Of a stretch of 64,000 nt of DNA, positions 63,001 to 64,000 are shown piece by piece. This stretch comes from Planctomycetota bacterium (GTDB lineage Bacteria; Planctomycetota; Phycisphaerae; UBA1845): contig JBPOIK010000079.1 in NCBI GenBank assembly GCA_052034525.1, forward strand, positions 6,579-70,578. Reading direction: 5' to 3'. The translations under genes were made by a program, and so were the position numbers. How positions within the stretch are numbered: the stretch's first letter is position 1; each line of letters begins with the position of its first letter. A model generated the notes under the pieces. That model saw nothing but the letters and a program-made list of their open reading frames with translations. It had not been told where the DNA came from and did no database searches.

Positions 63001-63131
63001 GCAATCTGTGGGTTCCCGCGGTGAACAACGCAGCGACCTGGGGCCGGTGGGACTTCCTCGAAATCGCCGACCCATGGGACGCGCAGAACACGATCCGTTC
63101 TTTTCTTGCGGGCGGGAAGACAACGCCATGA
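60087..63131 (+). CDS. SF2 helicase fused to a C-terminal nuclease-like domain (type III restriction Res-subunit-like), 1014 aa
   Basis: Helicase motifs I (KMATGSGKTVVMA), II (VINDEAHHC), III (DLSATPF), V and VI (MLTEGWDANTVTHILG...QVVGRGLRR). The C-terminus reads ...NYMPDFLVRVDD...LNLIIEVSGERDADKAAK, which is PD..ExK-like but has Ser where Lys is expected. Confidence 0.85.
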   Translation: MPRQVIIENPVINSPFDEPQRHFRFDDEGITGIIVEQRRESGCFVPIAPPPRKGSGAKQPSFDTEWTADRIEPNRMVNAIRQKVKLWREGRYIDDTTSVTARLLQHWTNPERSRRLFFCQIEALETLIYIAEVAKKYGENWIENDIRRANEDANPGLFRIACKMATGSGKTVVMAMLIAWQTLNKIANPQDARFTDSFLIVTPGITIRDRLRVLLPSDPGNYYRALDIVPVDLMDQLGHAKIVITNFHACKRREKVKAGKLTKDILNGSNAAGSSAFTESEGEMVRRVCRGLGHKRNVIVINDEAHHCYRHRAGGVEEQLTGDDRKEAEKRDEAARIWISGLEAVQRKLGIKVVYDLSATPFFLRGSGYPEGTLFPWVVSDFSLIDAIECGIVKVPRVPVADNAMISDQPTYRNIWYRIRDDLPKKGRGTAAVFGDPRLPVVLEGALQSLYANYEKCFDRWKRNAEVHAAGLTPPVFIVVCNNTNVSKMVFDYIAGWEKRLSNETAVAVSGRLALFSNVDGRRFINRPNTILVDSEQLESGEAMSDEFKKIASAEIAEFKAEYRQRFPDRDVEKLTDEDLLREVMNTIGKPGKLGEHVRCVVSVSMLTEGWDANTVTHILGVRAFGTQLLCEQVVGRGLRRMSYSAVPHTIELPGQRGTRTFDAFPVEYAEVYGVPFSFLPCSGSTIDPKPGPIPTRVRALEERIACEIAFPRIDGYRYELPAERLTAEFSADSKMALTTADVPTKVECDPIVGERAIHTLDDLKRRREQEVVFVIARRVLEQYFRDDDGNPKVWVFPDLVAITRRWLSECLTLKDNTFPQLLLLVENSHQAADRIYQAVLAADGGQKRLLPIPKPYDTVGSTRHVDFDTTRPVYRTDPRKCHVSHVVADTESWEQKMAQALEEMPEVLCYVKNHNLGFLIPYTIGGDQRNYMPDFLVRVDDGRGPTDPLNLIIEVSGERDADKAAKVATARNLWVPAVNNAATWGRWDFLEIADPWDAQNTIRSFLAGGKTTP

Positions 63132-64000
63132 TGACACTGAAGCAGTTTTCCGCCGAGCCGCAGACCATCCCCACCGCGACAAGCTGGTACTTGGCGGACC
63201 TGGGGGTGGCTCAGGGCCGTCAAGAACTCTTCACGCGCCAATCGCCCCAGAAACTCAAGGCACTCCGAGAGCACGCCCTGATCGAAAGCGCGGTGTCATC
63301 CAATCGGATCGAAGGCGTCACCGTGGATCAGGCGCGCGTTGGCACCATCCTGTTTGGCCGGCCGACCCTGAAAGACCGCGGCGAAGAGGAAGTCCGCGGC
63401 TATCGCGACGCCCTGCGGCTCATCCACGAGGGCGCGGCCGAACTACCCGTCACCGCCGCGACCTTGCGCCGGTTGCACAAGCTCTGCCGCGGGGACATCT
63501 GGGACGCCGGACGGCTCAAGGAGAAGGACGTTGACATCATCGAGAGACAGGCCGACGGCCGTGAGCGGGTCCGCTTCAAACCCGTCCCGGCGGGCCAGCC
63601 GACGCGCCAAGCCCTCAGCGAGATGGTCGCGCTCTACCGCCAGGGCCTGCGCGAGCGCTGGCTGCACCCGCTGATTCTGCTGGCCGGCCTGAACCTGGAT
63701 TTCCTCTGCATTCATCCGTTCCGCGACGGCAACGGCCGCGTCTCTCGGCTGCTGCTGCTCTTGACCTGCTACCAGCATGGGTACGAGGTCGGTCGCTACA
63801 TCAGTTTGGAGCGCATCATCGAGCAGAACAAGGAGCGGTACTACGAAACGCTGGAACAGAGTTCCCGCCAGTGGCACGCCGGCAAGCACAATCCCTGGCA
63901 CTACGTCAACTACGTGTTGTTCATTCTCAAGACCGCGTACGGCGAGTTCGAGGAACGCGTGGGACAAGTCGGCAGCCCGCGCGGCGCGAAGTCCCAACTG
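63128..64000 (+). CDS. Fic/DOC family protein (3' end outside window)
   Basis: The ATG at 63128 overlaps the helicase stop (ATGATGA). The frame is open to the window end. It carries the Fic active-site motif CIHPFRDGNGRVSRLLLLL (HPFx[D/E]GNGRxxR). Confidence 0.9.
   Translation, partial: MMTLKQFSAEPQTIPTATSWYLADLGVAQGRQELFTRQSPQKLKALREHALIESAVSSNRIEGVTVDQARVGTILFGRPTLKDRGEEEVRGYRDALRLIHEGAAELPVTAATLRRLHKLCRGDIWDAGRLKEKDVDIIERQADGRERVRFKPVPAGQPTRQALSEMVALYRQGLRERWLHPLILLAGLNLDFLCIHPFRDGNGRVSRLLLLLTCYQHGYEVGRYISLERIIEQNKERYYETLEQSSRQWHAGKHNPWHYVNYVLFILKTAYGEFEERVGQVGSPRGAKSQL

Overview
The window is a visibly GC-rich bacterial chromosomal segment. Its gene content looks planctomycete-like, but this is inferred from a prepilin-type GFTLIELLVV N-terminus protein, dockerin-like secreted proteins, an ECF sigma factor with a long C-terminal extension and a huge alpha-2-macroglobulin; no database search was run. 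Contents in order:

- 1-7.2 kb: flagellar filament cluster with two tandem flagellins, an unusually long repeat-containing FliD, FliS and a TPR protein, plus sigma-28-like promoters.
- 7.26-7.64 kb: RNase P RNA on the minus strand, which the ORF track cannot see.
- 7.7-19 kb: housekeeping genes (thioredoxin-fold/TPR protein, isocitrate-dehydrogenase-like enzyme, PTPS/QueD-family protein, MFS transporter, pseudopilin, BtpA-family protein, M29 aminopeptidase, LD-carboxypeptidase).
- 19.3 kb: tRNA-Arg(UCG).
- 19.5-26.5 kb: histone-H1-like protein, ECF sigma factor, and envelope or secreted proteins.
- 26.6-31.5 kb, minus strand: gap-pgk-rpe, a degenerate histidine-phosphatase-like gene, and accD.
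- 33.7-47 kb: ThiO-like oxidase, RluD, the classical PbpC/alpha-2-macroglobulin pair, aroB and folC.
- 47.6-51.7 kb: a [NiFe]-hydrogenase in large-then-small subunit order. The large subunit has no C-terminal maturation peptide and the small subunit has a Tat leader. It is translationally coupled to a methyl-accepting chemotaxis protein. An eroded IS5-like transposase remnant lies on one side and tRNA-Lys(CUU) on the other. I rate this the most interesting candidate system: a possible periplasmic H2-sensing chemoreceptor.
- 52-56.2 kb: polyprenyl synthase, M20 amidohydrolase and a divergent sigma-70-family factor.
- 56.3 kb to the window end: an accessory island. It holds the scar of a recombinase module, a lower-GC PD-(D/E)xK protein, an overlapping HExxH-protein/coiled-coil pair, and an excisionase-HTH / SF2 helicase-nuclease (type III Res-like) / Fic operon with no methyltransferase inside the window.

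Unusual 9-bp tandem arrays (GGGATCGAG/GGGATCCAG) occur at two separate loci. All coordinates for RNA ends, promoters and alternative starts are approximate. Nothing here was verified by homology search or folding software.
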